64,000 nt of DNA from Octopus sinensis (taxonomy: Eukaryota), in NCBI RefSeq assembly GCF_006345805.1, contig NC_043000.1, positions 70,494,001 to 70,558,000 of the forward strand, read 5' to 3'. Below the pieces are notes generated by a model. The model was not told the DNA's origin. It saw only the letters and a program-made list of their open reading frames with translations, and did no database searches. This document shows, one piece after another, positions 40,201 through 55,200 of this stretch; within the stretch, counting starts at the first letter, position 1, and the number at the start of each line of letters is the position of its first letter. The position numbers and the translations under genes were made by a program.

Positions 40201-43200
40201 TTGTTTAAATTTTTCCATTGCTTTCGTTTTTTTTTTTTTTGTTTTTTTTTTTTTTTTCTTAATTGTTATCCTTAAATTAATTTGACAAGAGAAAAACGAA
40301 TGGCTAAAATTTAGGGTTAGTGACAGGATGTTTTCTCAGTTTTGGATGCAGCAAATGATTTTAGCTCAATTAGAGGCAATTGAGTGGTTAAAATTCGAAA
40401 AATTAAACTGCGTTAAACAACGAATTACAATTTTATCAAGAAAACCAGAAGAAAAAATGTTTTATTTTGACACATTCTACCAGTATACGAAGTTTTAAAG
40501 TGTTTAGTTAACTAGAAATTGTGTTGACATGTGCCGTTCAAAAAGAAAAGATCCAAAATTTTTGTAAATTTATATTTTTGCACCTCCTTCCTGACCATCC
40601 CACTTGGGGTCAATTTTCACCTTATTTTTGTGGGGGAGCCTTTTCAGTAAAAAAAAAAAAATTGTGAATATTTCCAGACAGAAAGGTGTGGTCTAAGGGA
40701 AATTTGCTGTTTTTAGCATATATATATATAACTGCCTTCCTCGTTTCTTGGTCACTGAATTTGATGTTTTTCAATATTTTTTCCCATGTAGTTCAGTGGA
40801 CAACACAAAAGCTTGGCTCCTTACTATGGGAACATGCACTAATATGTCTGTCTTATTTGGTTAAAATGCGTTTGACTTGGTCATATAAACAAAAGGTGTA
40901 AAGCAGCTTCCTCTAAACGAATATGACAAAAAGATGTGCATTCGCGAAAGGACTCGGGGAAAATTCACATCGTGAATGTTCCGGGTCTAACCCGGACTCA
41001 AAAAGAAAATAGTGTAATAAGTGTAAAACTTGTTCTAAACAATTATCAAGAACATACACACACCCAAAGAAAAATGGTTGGTTCAAGGCAGGTGTGCATT
41101 GAACTGAATTTAAGCCTTTCGTTACTAACCCGGCTGAAAAAATTTTTGGTTCATAATACCAACCTGGCCAAGAGAACCTAATGTTATTTAAATGCAAATT
41201 TGAACCCAAATCTCATTGGTACATTCGTTAAAACACGTGATTCCACTTTGTAAATAGTTGGGTTATAGTATCTGACATTGCTTAACGTTATATCTCAGTG
41301 AATTTTGGGAGATTTTTTTTTTTTTTGGCATCGATTTTTCTTCAACTTTGAAAATGTATAGGAGTTTCATGTTATCAAGCAGTGATTCCAAATTTAAAGC
41401 TTTTTCAATGGAAAATAGGGAGATATCGAGAAAAAGAATGAATGAGGTACAAAAGCACGTGGTGTACAATAATGAATAGGATATTTTTTTTTTATCCGAA
41501 ATTGAAAGCAGTGATTCTGAAGAAACTGAAAGCGGCGACCGCAAAGACGATTTTACATCGGAATGAGGTAAAAAAAACAAAAATGTTTCTTTAGCAATTT
41601 TTCTGAGGAGACAGTCTATCCATAGTCTTTCTTAGGAAGCGAAACCATTAGACATTTATTTTTTTTCAGTATGTTTGTTTGAAGTGGTCCCTGCGGAAAC
41701 AAACACGAATTGTGGAATCAAAGTTTGGAAAATTTGTGAAGCAAATACTGGGTACTGTTGTAGATTTAGTTTTTATACAGGGAAAATAATGTTAGTCAGC
41801 ATGTCCTAGGGAACGATGTGGTCTGGAATTTATCACTTCCTTACCATAACCAGGGCCGTGTATCAGTTCTTGACCAATTTCTTTAGTTCGGTCAAACTTG
41901 CTGTGGATTCCAGTATTTCAGTTTATTCCACCTTTATGGTACACCTGTTGTGCCTTAAATTCAACTGATGATCTAGTGATGGGCACAATTCTTTATCAAA
42001 ATTTTGATGCATACCTAATTGAATATTAGCTGATGCTTAACCCTTTCGTTACTATATTTCTGACCAAAATACACCCCTCATGAGTTTCAATTAAATTCTA
42101 AAATAATCATGAATTTAGGCGTGTTTCATTAAATAACTAACTTTTTTACTTATCAACATTTTAATGTGATATTTGGAACATAATTAAAGGAAGGGTTCTT
42201 AATCAATTCTATTGCATAACTTTTGACTCAAAGTGACTTTAATTACAGGTAAATTGAGCAAAAGGTAAAAATATTAAAATTTTAAATTGAGCAAAAGGTA
42301 AAAAATAAAAATTTTGTTTACACATCACTATAGAAAATGAATCATCAGCTAATATTCAAATGGGTATGCAACAAAATTTTGATAAAGAAGAATTGTGCAC
42401 ACCACTAGATCATCAGTTGAATTTAATGCACAAGGTGGAATAAACTTTTAATGCACAAGGTGGAATAAACTGAAATACTGGAAACCACCGCAAGTTTGAC
42501 CGAACTAAAGAAATCGGTCAAAAAATAATATACGGCCCTGGTTATGGTATGGAAGTGATAAATTCCAGACCACATCGTTCCCTAGGCCATGCTGACTAAT
42601 ATTATTTTCCCTGTATAAAAACTAAATCCACGCAGTACCCAGTAATTTGCTTCACAAATTTCCCGAACTTTGAACCCCGATTTTGGGTTTGTTTACAATC
42701 TGCGTAAGTGCGTTTCCACATTGATCGCTTCAAACAATAACTTCCAGACCACATCGTACCCGAAGCCATGCTAACTAACATTAGTTTCCCTGTATAAAAA
42801 CTAAATCCACAACAGTACCCAGTAATTTGCTTCACAAATTTCCCAAACTTTGAACCCCGATTTTGGGTTTGTTTACAATCTGTGTAAGTTTGTTTCCACA
42901 TTGATCGCTTCAAACTAGCATACTGAAAAAAATAAAAGTCTAATGGTTTCACTTCCTAAGAAAGGCTATAGATAAACTTTATCTCCTCAGAAAAATTGCT
43001 AATAAAAACATTTAAAAAGTTTTTTTTACTTCATTCCGATGTAAAATTGTCTTCGCTGTCGCCTTCGCCGCTTTGTTTCTTCGGAAGGCGCTGCTTTCAT
43101 TTTCGGATAAAAAAATATTCATTATTTTGTACACCACGTGCTTTAGTACCTATTTCATTCTTTTTCTCGATATCTCCCTATTTTCCGTTGACAAAGCTTT

Positions 43201-46200
43201 AAATTCGGAATCAATGCTTGATAACATGAAACTCCTATCCATTTTCAAAGTTGAAGAAAAATCGATGCCGTAAAAAATGTGGAAAAAAATCTCCCAAAAT
43301 TCACTGAGTTGAGATATCACTTCAAGCAATGTCGGATACTATAACTTAACTATTTACAATGTGAAATCACATGATTTAACGAATGTACCAACGAGATTTG
43401 GGTTCAAATTTACATTTAAATAACAATGGGTTCTAACGAAAGGGTTAAACAAAATTTTAATATTTTTACCTATTGCTCAATTTACCTGGATTTATTAAAG
43501 TCACTTTGAGACAAAAGGTATGCAATAGAATTGATGGATCTTTTCCTTTTGAATGGCACTTTTCAACATTTCTGTTTAAGTAAACACTTTTAAACTTCGT
43601 ATACTGGTAGAATGTGTTTATAAATCATTTTTTTCTTGGCTTTATTGAGAAAATTCTATATGTTGTAACATATTTCGGCAATTTTAACCAATCGCTTACG
43701 TCCATTCTGTGCATAATGAATATGTCCCTCCTTTAAGAAACAGATTGGGTTTATTTACATTTGTGAAGAAAAAAAACCCTCACCCTAGATCTAAAATAGA
43801 TTGAAATGCAATAGATCGAGACACTGCTACGGAAAATGGGATTTTTTCCTAGCGGTGTCAAATGAAAATGTCACCCATAATTATGGCCCTAGTATCGATC
43901 TATTGCATTTCAATCTCTCTTAGATTTAGGGTTATGGGGTTGGGGAAGGGTATCTTTTTTTTCTTCACAAATGTAAATAAACCCAATCTGTTTCTTAAAG
44001 GAGGGACATATTCATTATGCACAGAATGTTATTTACCTAAATGGACGTAAGCGATTGGTTAAAATTGCTGAAATGCTCGAAATTTAAAACGAAATATCTT
44101 ACAACCTATAGGATTTTCTCAATAAAGCCAAGAGAAAATGATGTTTTATAAACACATTCTACCAGTATACAAAGTTTAAAACTTTTTAGTTACCTAGAAA
44201 TTATGTTCCAAATATCACATTAATATGTTGGTAGGTAAAAAAGTTATTTAATGAAACAAGCCTAAATTCATGATCATTTTAGAATTTGATTGAAACTTCA
44301 TGAGGGGTGTATTTTGGTCAGAAATATAGTAATGAAAGGGTTAAATAAGCAAGAAAGATGTTATCAAAGTAAAGGCCATAGCATCATCTTTATCTGTTGT
44401 GGTTATTATTATTATGGAGTTGAATGTGTGTAGTGAAGTTATTAATATCAATATATTAACCAACACCATTGAAGTGAAATAATAGTTTCTATACTTATGG
44501 TTTGGCACTGCTGAATTGAGTCAAAGACTATATAATACAATATGACCTCCCCCAAACAGTAACCCTTGTGTTTAAAATCTCCGTAACAAAAAGAAGAGGG
44601 GCTGTTTGGCTATGGACTACATTGATCTTTTCATGTTGTGGTTAAGCCAAAGAGCTTGCTCAATTCAAGTAAACTTATGAACCAAAGGTAGCCTAGCCAT
44701 GACCATCTCAATGGTTTTCTTTCTTTTGTCAGACATGGCTGTGTGGTTAAGATGGTTTCAAGTTCAGTTCCACTGCATGGCACTTTGGGCGAATGCCTTC
44801 TACTCTATCTGACCAGTGCCCAGTGAGAAAATTTGGTAGATAGAAACTGGAAGTCTGTTGTATGTGTGTGTCTTTGTACCACCCTCACTACTTGACAACT
44901 GGCATTGGTTTGTTTGGATCCCTGTGACTAAAAAGTTCAATAGAATAAGTACCAGAGTTTAAAAGAATAAGCATTGGGGGCGATTTGTTCGAGTAAAATC
45001 CTTTAACTCTTTCATTACTATATTTCTGACCAAAATACACCCCTCATGAGGTAAAAATATTAAAATTTTGTTCAAACATCACCATAGAAAATGAATCATC
45101 AGCTAATATTCAAATGGGTATGCAACAAAATTTTGATAAAGAAGAATTGTGCACAACAGATGTACCATAAAGGTGGAATCCACCGCAAGTTTGACCGAAC
45201 TAAAAAAAAAAAAAAACGGTCAAAAACTAATATATGGCTCTGGTTATGGTATGGAAGGGATAAATTCCAGACCACATCATTCCCTGGGCCCTGTTGACTA
45301 ACATTTTCCCTGTATAAAAACTATATCCACCATAGTACCCAGTATTTTTTGCTTCACAAGTTTTCCGAAATTTGATTTCCCATTTTGTGTTTGTTTACAA
45401 TCTGCGTATATTTGTTTCCGCATTGATCACTTCAAACAACTTCCAGACCACATCATACCCTAAGCCATGCTGACTAACATTAGTTTCCCTGTATAAAAAC
45501 TAAATCCACAACAGTACCCGGTATTTGCTTCACGTGTTTCCATGAATGTACTAAAGAGATTTGCTCTGATATTCTCATTTAAATATGAATAGGTAATTAA
45601 GGGCAGCTTGGTCACATGAACCAAAATTTTTTGGGGGCGGTTTGGTAACGAAGGGGGTTAATAACACAAACTGTCGGCATAAAGAATTAAAAAAATTAAA
45701 GAGTGGCAAGTTTTGTAAATAGGGACATGAATATTTAAGAGAATTTGCAGCATGTAAGATGTTTGTAACCAATTCCAGAACAACAAAAGCCGTTACTTTC
45801 ACTGCAAAATTTAAATTTCGTTTGTGTCTACATATTTTTGGTCTTTGAAACCATGGTAAACTAGTGTTGCATCTCTTGTCAGTGAACAAGTCTCGGTTTC
45901 AAAGCAACAAAAATATCGACATTGAAATGAGATTTAAATGTTGCAGTGAACCAACCATTTCTCTTTGTGTGTGTGTTCTTGATAATCGTTTCGAACAAGT
46001 AGTTTTACACTATTTTTTCTGTTTTTCCGACACGTCAAACACTATAGGGCCATGGACTGAAAGATGTGAATTTTCCAAGGCCTCTCCCCCCACCCTCTCC
46101 ACGAGCACGCATTTTTTTGTCATTCATTTAGAGGAAGTTGTTTTACACATATTACACTTTTTTTTTTTTAATGACCGGGTCAAACACTTTCGTTTGACCA

Positions 46201-49200
46201 AATTTGCAAGCTTTAAAAGTTTAGTTATTAATTTATTGCAAAAAATTTATGTAAATTGGTTGGTGTTAGGAAGGGTATCCAGTTGTAAAGACCCTGCCAA
46301 AGCAGACATTGAAGCCTGGTATAGTCTTCTACCATGCAAGCGAGAAAAACATGTTAAACAATAAGTAGCATACAAAACTACATCAATATACCAAATTTGA
46401 AATTAATTGGAACAAAGTTGAAGTGAAACACAAACAGAAAACATCTGAGATATACTTGTAAATTAGTTGAATGACTTCAGTGCATTTATTAACATGTGAT
46501 GGTAATATAACTGGTTAAGTTTATAATAGATAAGCTTGTAACATTTTCAAATGAATATTGAAAGTAATCTGCAGATGATGAAATCTTTCACGATGGTCTT
46601 CATTACTCTTTGCTGCTGAAGTTATCCAGACCTGATGCAGTATTGCTTTATATAGCTTTCAGAAATGAATGTGTGGAGTTAGAATACCTAGCATGTGTGT
46701 ATAGTTTCTGAGAAAGTATATAATTTTGCTTCACTGACAAGATTTCACCTTGTCTGAAAAATGTATTATTGCATGTTTATTGTAAACAATCAAGTATACC
46801 ACCTATCATCTTTGGTATCCTTTCATTGTTACGTTCACTTTTAAATTTTTACTATTCTAAGTGTAAATTGAAATATCTGATTCAAGCATTGTTGAGACTG
46901 TTAGATACCAAATCTGAAGTCTATATAATTTTCAAGAATTAGAATACCACAATTTTGTAGAAAATAAATTATTTCATAATGCATTAAGTATACATCAGGG
47001 TGTATGGTCTTTGAATGAGAAGGATACAATTCTTGATTAATTAGTGGAAATATTCTAGTGAATTAGTTTGATGGCTTCTATTATTTTCTTAAGACATGAG
47101 TTGGTGACTTAATTGGTATGGTTTATAATAGATGAGCTTGTTACATTTTCATATGAATGTTGAAAGTAATCTGCAGATGATGAAATCTTTCACGATGGTC
47201 TTCATTACTCTTTGCTGCTGAAGTTATCCAGACCTGATGCAGTATTGCTTTATATAGCTTTCAGAATTGAACATGTGTGGCATGGACAAGTATACAATTT
47301 TGCTTCACTGACAAGATTCCATCATGATTGAGAAATATAACATTGTAAACGAAGAGGTATACCACCTATCATCAAAAATAAGTGTTGACAGGTACACTAG
47401 TCAATTTTATTCTCTTTTTTGGAATCACTTGCCACTTTCACTAAATTTTTCCATGTACACTGAAATGTCTGATTTTAGGAAAGTCTGCTTATTGTTGAGT
47501 CAGTCACTAGGATACCAAGTCTGAAGTTTATATAATTTTCAAGAGTTTAGACACAACACTTTTTTTAAAATAAATTCTTTCATAATGCATTGATTCTATA
47601 TTAGAAAGAAATTAATTGGGATATACGGTCTTAGATGTTGATACAATTCCTGAATAATTAGTGGAAATCTTTTCTGTTTGCCTTCAAATTTGATATATAA
47701 ATGTAATTCTTCGAACTGAATTTGGTGGTGTTCACATCTGAGATATGCTTGTAAATTAGTTTAATGACTTCAGTGCATTTATTAACATGTGATGGTAATA
47801 TAACTGGTTAAGTTTATAATAGATAAGCTTGTAACATTTTCACATGAATGTTGAAAGTAATCTGCAGATGATGAAATCTTTCACGATGGTCTTCATTACT
47901 CTTTGCTGCTGAAGTTATCCAGACCTGATGCAGTATTGCTTTATATAGCTTTCAGAAATGAATGTGTGGAGTTAGAATACCTAGCATGTGTGTATAGTTT
48001 CTGAGAAAGTATATAATTTTGCTTCACTGACAAGGTTTCACCCTAATTGTCTGAAAAATGTATTATTGTATGTTCATTGTAAACAAACAAGTATACCGCC
48101 TATCATCAAAAATGTGTTGTCAAGTTCACTTGTCAATTTATATTATTCTCTTTGGAATTGTCACATTCACTACTAAGCTTTTACTATTCTAAGTATAAAT
48201 TGAAACATCTGATTCAAATAATGTCTACCCATTATTGTTGAGTCTGTTGGATACCAAATCTGAAGTTTATATAATTTGTAAGAGTTAAAGCACCTTACAT
48301 TTACTAAAAATAAATTAAGTATACATTGGGATGTATGGTCTTTGGATGTAGAGGATACTATTCTTGTCCAATTAGAAGTAATATTTTGGTGAATTAGTTT
48401 GATGGCTTCAATGCTTTTTTTTTTTTTTTTAAACATGAGATGGTAACTTAATTGGTATGATTTATAACAGGATTTCATATAAATATTGAAAGTAATCTGC
48501 AGATGATGAAATAGTTCACGATGGTCTTCATTACTCTTTGCTGCTGAAGTTATTCAGACCTGATGCAGTATTGCTTTACATGATCTTAACCCTTGCACAT
48601 TCGGATTGTTCTATCAAATGTAATGCTTGTGTGTTCAGATTGCTTTGAATTAATCATGCATTATCTTGCAGCTTCAAAATTTCAATGATTGTTTGTTTTT
48701 TAGAATGATATTGTAGTGTGGGTATGAGGAGATATGGCATTTAAACCAACCAGTTTCTGGCCTAACACCTACTCTACAGTTTCATTCTATAAGTAATATC
48801 ATAATCTCATTATTACTTGATAATGCATAATTGATTAAAAAGTGTGAATAAACAAGCGTTGCATTGACAGTAATCTGAAGATAGAATATTATGGTTAGTT
48901 TAAATGTTGGAGTTAAAGATTAAGTTTGAAAGTGGTATTAAGATATCACATTGTTTACTGAATGATATTTTTTAGTTCTATGAGAGGTGAATATAGGTTC
49001 TGTGTGGTATTGATCATATGCATGCAATTTCTGTTTAGTCAGTTGCATAGCTTTCACTTGAGTAACAGGTTTTATGTAATTTATAATTTATATTTGATCC
49101 ATTAAGCTGGGGGGTTGTTTTGAGGACTTGTGTTTTATTAATTTTACACTTTGTGAATTACTTCATAGTATTTGCTGAATTTATACGTTTCTAAACAGTT

Positions 49201-52200
49201 CAGTTTCACATATTGCATCACCTTAACATTTAGGGAATAATTAGGATACAGGTTTAACCATTTTGATATCAACCAGTCTGAGACTGCTGCTGGTTCTGTG
49301 ATACAAACTTGTTTTAAATTTAAGTTAATATCTTCCATTAAAACCTCTTAAGTGTATTTAAAAATTTCATTAATTTGCAGGCATCACCCGCAAAAGCAGA
49401 ATTATAGATGTTGTATACAATGCCAGTAATAATGAGTTGGTAAGAATGAAGACTTTGGTAAAAAGTTGCATCGTAACAATTGATGGTACTCCTTTCCGAC
49501 AATGGTATGAAGCTCATTATGCTCTGCCTCTGGGTAGGAAAAAAGGCGTGAAATTGGTAAGTAATCTTGTACCCTGGACTTACAATGTTGAGTTTGACAT
49601 CACCAAAGTTAAAATGTGGTTGTCATTGTGTTCTGTGATTTGTAATGACAGTTGAGTTACATGGCTGCACTTATGCTGATGAGGCATCTGAGAGATTAAG
49701 TTTCTTCAAGTATTCGAAGCATTTCAGATTTTTGACATTGATGTAGTTTTGTAGTTTCGGTGGTGGTGCCCCAGCATGGCCGCGGCCTTCAAGCTAAAAC
49801 TTTTTTTTTTTTTTTTTTTTTTTACGGATGGTGATGAAAAAATTGCAGTAATTTTTATAGTAGTTAATGCATTGCAGGCATTTGCAGTTATGTAATTTGA
49901 AGCCTATCAGAAGTCTTTAAGTGTTATTGTTTGGATAGAGATTGCATAATGAATAATTTAACCATCTTTTGGTTGAAATTTAGTGTACAATTTTCAAAAT
50001 TCTGATTGTCTCTTTTGTGGCAGTCATGAACAGAAGTGGTTTAGCTATCTTACATTAGCACATATAACCAAGCATTGTTTACACATGGTAACTGGTAACA
50101 TTTAATTAGCTGACTTACCCAATTTATAGTGTATCTTGCAGTTTTTCATACCTGAACAAAATTATGCTATACTATAAGTAGTATCTTATCTTGGCATCAA
50201 TAAATGAGCCTGCAGAGGTAAAAATCTACTGCCACAATTCCATTTATTCCTTCATTTAAGGCAAACCCGAGTACTTTCTGCATGTTGAATGTGGGTGACA
50301 AACTTGATACAGTGCTTTAAAATTTTCATAGTCACTCAGGTTTATAATGTTTCAATCAGTTGCATCTTAACTTTTCGCAAATGTTTTATAAATACAATAA
50401 ATTTGTATGTGTGTTAAAAATTAAAAGAAAATTTGAATGTTTCAGATTCATTCACTCTCCTTCCCAGTCATTTCAATCCACCAAATAGAGTTGGTGGGCA
50501 ATGGCCAATTGAGTGTAAACATTTCAATATTATGAGCGCCGACTGTTGTGGCAGTGTTTTCCCTCATTTAGTACAGGTATTCCAGCAAGGAAATATTTCC
50601 TGGAATCCTCTTCTACCGAACCTCATTTCCATTGGCTCCTGTGTTTTCTAGGAATATTTCATTTTGTCCCCTATTTATTCACATCAAATCTGCCAATTTG
50701 GAGAGGATGCACAACCAATGTTATTTCTCCGCAGGAATAGCACCAATTTAGGTACACATGTTGTGACATTTCTATGTGTAAGGCTAGAGAATTCCTGCGT
50801 TCTGATGTATGTTTTATGTTAATAAAATATACTATAAAGCAATATGTGCTGTCGGGTGCTATACCACTTTTGTTTTGTATTCAAGGTCAGGATCATGCAA
50901 AAACATCCAGATTATCCTGCTATTAAGTTGATGAAAGTGAAAAAAATTTGTATAGCAACTGAGGTCAAAACTAAAATTTGATTATTACCTTTGGGATCTT
51001 GTGATTTATAAGGACAGTTTTTACATACCTGCATTGTTGTATATCATGGCTGACTCTGTACAGGGAATTGTAGTATTCATTTGGAAAGAGATTGCATGAT
51101 GAATAATTACGCCATCTTTCGGCTGAAATTTAATGTTGTACAATTTTTGTAATTCTGATAATCTCTTTCCAATTAAGAATTATGGTAAGGTAGTTGACTA
51201 TTTGAATATGAATTTTTTTTCTTCTTATTTCAGGTGAGTGTTCTTGGCTCTCTTTGCTTAGATCATTTTCAAAGAATCCGTTTTTATATTTTGTCACAAA
51301 TTAGATATGTGTAACTAGTAACAGCAGGAAGGCCTAAGTCATTTTCTTTTACTAGTTAGATTATACTACTTATACACAGAGCAGGGTTTAATATGGTGTC
51401 TAGTCTTAGATCTTGTGACTTCATATATTTTTGTATTTATTTTGCAGATAGTTTCTATAACACTCTTACTACTTGTGATTTGTAGTGGTTCAATAAATTA
51501 CTGGGATTTTTTTGAAAATCAATATTGTTATATCAGGGAATTGAGCATGTTTGGAACAGAACTGATGACATAAGTATTACACTGGTTTTTGGATGGAGAC
51601 TTTATGATAATTTTTTTAAAGCCATCTTTCAGCTGAACCAGAATGATGTATAATTTTCCAAATTCTGATGGTCTCTTCCAAATAGTATAAAATTTTATGC
51701 TAAAGGTAGAACTTAGTAGTCACTTTATATTGTCCTCAGTTTCCTGTGTTGCATTAAGATAGGAATTTGTTTACGGGTCAACTGAATATATATTAGATTC
51801 TGTTTTGTATATTGTTACAAGAGCTTTTGTGTTTTATGGCCAATGAGGTTGTCTCCAAATTAAGGGGGGAAATCATCTTTGTTTATACAAATACATGTTT
51901 GAAATGTCTGTATAGTTGCCGAAAGCAGAATGATGACCATATATATATGCTGTAGTAGCTAAATGTTTAGCTATGGTGCCAGTATGTCATAGTTACACTG
52001 ATTGCTTTTTGGTATATTTTTCTTAAACATTTCTTCCACAGTTGACTGTTTGTTTGCCAAAAGCAGAATGATGAACAACAATGCTAAATGTTTAGTCTGA
52101 TGCCAGTTTGTCATAGTTACACACTGTGTTTGGTATGTTTTTCTTAACATCTCTTCCTCCACAGTTGACCAGTAGTGTGATATTCATTTGTTTGAACCAG

Positions 52201-55200
52201 AAAAGATTTGTACTTTATTTATACAAGTACAATTTTATTTGCCAAAAGCAGAATGATGACCATATATATATGCTGTAGTAGCTAAATGTTTAGCTATGGT
52301 GCCAGTATGTCATAGTTACACTGACTGCGTTTGGTATAACTCTTAATGTTTTTCCTCTCCTCTTCCTCAGTTGGTGAGTCCTTTATTGAGGATGCAGAGT
52401 AAGTTTCATCCAGAAATATTACCTTTTGATTCAATTGTAAGTTAGATGTCGAGGACTCCATTGAATATAGATGGCAACAATGATTTTTGTTCCTTTTTTG
52501 CATAAATATTCTGAAATATTGTTCACATTTGATATGGAGAAACTGTACAATTGGCATGGAGGGTTGTGCATATCATTACTTCACCATTTTTCTAATGTCT
52601 GGGTGGTGATTGATAGAAATCTGTTTTGTGTATAATAATTGTGACCTGGTTGAGTGTATATTTTGTTTATAACCTTTGTAGACTGAACAAGAAGAATCTG
52701 TTCTTAACAAAGTGCGTTCACGAAAGAATCAAAGAAAATACACATTACGGCGTAAGACAGCTAAAGTTGAGCCAGCTCTTCAAGAAGAATTCATGACTGG
52801 TCGATTATTAGGTAAGTATTATTTTGCTTGTGTCAGTCATTGAACTGCAACTATGCTGCAGTACCTCTTTGAAGAGTTCTTTTTAGTTGAACAAACTTCA
52901 CTGCTTATCAGTCTCTTACATTTTTATTTTGACTGAGTCACTAATTTACTGGAGCATAGGATATGTACACCAGTTGCCAAGAGATTGAGTCAAGTAGGCA
53001 GGCACACAGGTGCATATTTGGTATCACGTATCTATAGAGCAACTGAGGTCAACAAATCTAATTGTTAGCATTAGAGTTTTGTAAAAGGGCAATTGTGTTA
53101 ACCCTTTCGTTACTAACCCGGCCGAAAAAATTTTTGGTTCGTAATACCAACCCGGCCTAGAGAACCTATTGTTATTTAAATGTAAATTTGAACCCAAATC
53201 TCGTTGGTACATTCGTTAAAACATGTGATTTCACTTTGTAAATAGTTGGCTTATAGTATTCGACATTGCTTGATGTGACATCTAGATTTTTCTTCAACTT
53301 TGAAAATGGATAGGAGTTTCATGTTATCTAGCATTGATTCTGAATTTAAAGCTTTCTCAACGGAAAATAGGGAGATATCGAGAAAAAGAAAAAGAATGAA
53401 TGAGGTCTTAAAGCACGTGGTGTACAATAATGAATGGGATGTTTTTTTTTATCTGTTAACCGAAAGCAGTTAATGGAGAGACAGCAAAGACGATTTTACT
53501 TCGGAATGAAGTAAAAAAAACTTTAAATGATTTTATTAGCAATTTTTCTGAGGAGTTAGTTTATCTATAGTCTTTCTTAAGAAGCAAAACCATTAGACTT
53601 TATTTTTTTCAGTATGCTTGTTTGGAGCAATCACTGTTGAAGCAAACTGTTTCGCAGAATGTAAACAAACACAAAATGGGGGGTCAAAGTTTGGAAAATT
53701 TGTGGAGCTAAATACTGGGTACTGTTGTGGATTTAGTTTTTATACAGGGAAAATGTTAGTCAGCATGGCCTAGGGAACGATGTGGTCTGGAATTTATCAC
53801 TTCCATACCATAACCAGGGCCGTATATTATTTTTTGACCGATTTCTTTAGTTCGGTCAAACTTGCGGTGGTTTCCAGTATTTCAGTTTATTCCACCTTGT
53901 GCATTAAATTCAACTGATGATCTAGTGGTGTGCACAATTCTTATTTATCAAAATTTTGTTGCATAGCCATTAGAATATTAGCTGATGATTCATTTTCTAT
54001 GGTGATTAAACAAAATTTTAATGTTTTTACCTTTTGCTCAATTTACCTGTAATTAAAGTCAATTTGAGACAAAAGTTATGTAATAGAATAGATTAAGAAC
54101 CCTTTCTTTAATTATGTTCCAAATGTCACATTAATATGTTAAATAAAAAAAGTTATTTAACCCTTTCGTTACTATATTTCTGACCAAAATACACCCCTCA
54201 TGAGTTTCAATTAAATTCTAAAATAATCATGAATTTAGGCTTGTTTCATTAAATAACTGTAACTTTTTTACTTATCAACATTTTAATGTGATATTTGGAA
54301 CATAATTAAAGGAAGGGTTCTTAATCAATTCTATTGCATAACTTTTGACTCAAAGTGACTTTAATTACAGGTAAATTGAGCAAAAGGTAAAAATATTAAA
54401 ATTTTAAATTGAGCAAAAGGTAAAAAATAAAAATTTTGTTTAAACATCACTATAGAAAATGAATCATCAGCTAATATTCAAATGGGTATGCAACAAAATT
54501 TTGATAAAGAAGAATTGTGCACATCAGTTGAATTTAATGCACAACAGGTGTACCATAAAGGTGGAATAAACTGAAATATTGGAATCCACCGTAAGTTTGA
54601 CCGAACTAAAGAAATCGGTCAAAAAATAATATACGGCCCTGGTTATGGTATGGAAGTGATAAATTCCAGACTACATCGTTCCCTAGGCCATGCTGACTAA
54701 TATTATTTTCCCTGTATAAAAACTAAATCCACGCAGTACCCAGTAATTTGCTTCACAAATTTCCCAAACTTTGAACCCCGATTTTGGGTTTGTTTACAAT
54801 CTGCGTAAGTTTGTTTCCACATTGATCGCTTCAAACTAGCATACTGAAAAAAATAAAAGTCTAATGGTTTCACTTCCTAAGAAAGGCTATAGATAAACTT
54901 TATCTCCTCAGAAAAATTGCTAATAAAAACATTTAAAAAGTTTTTTTACTTCATTCCGATGTAAAATCGTCTTCGCTGTCGCCTTCGCCGCTTTGTTTCT
55001 TCGGAAGGCGCTGCTTTCATTTTCGGATAAAAAAATATTCATTATTTTGTACACCACGTGCTTTAGTACCTATTTCATTCTTTTTCTCGATATCTCCCTA
55101 TTTTCCGTTGACAAAGCTTTAAATTCGGAATCAATGCTTGATAACATGAAACTCCTATCCATTTTCAAAGTTGAAGAAAAATCGATGCCGTAAAAAATGT

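Noticed and set aside
49437-49655. 72-aa ORF as a standalone gene
   Set aside because: It is RPS8 exon 4 reading on into intron 4
49618-49740. Two hairpins followed by ACA at the start of intron 4 (possible H/ACA snoRNA)
   Set aside because: No clear ANANNA hinge or pseudouridylation pocket; would need snoGPS or Rfam
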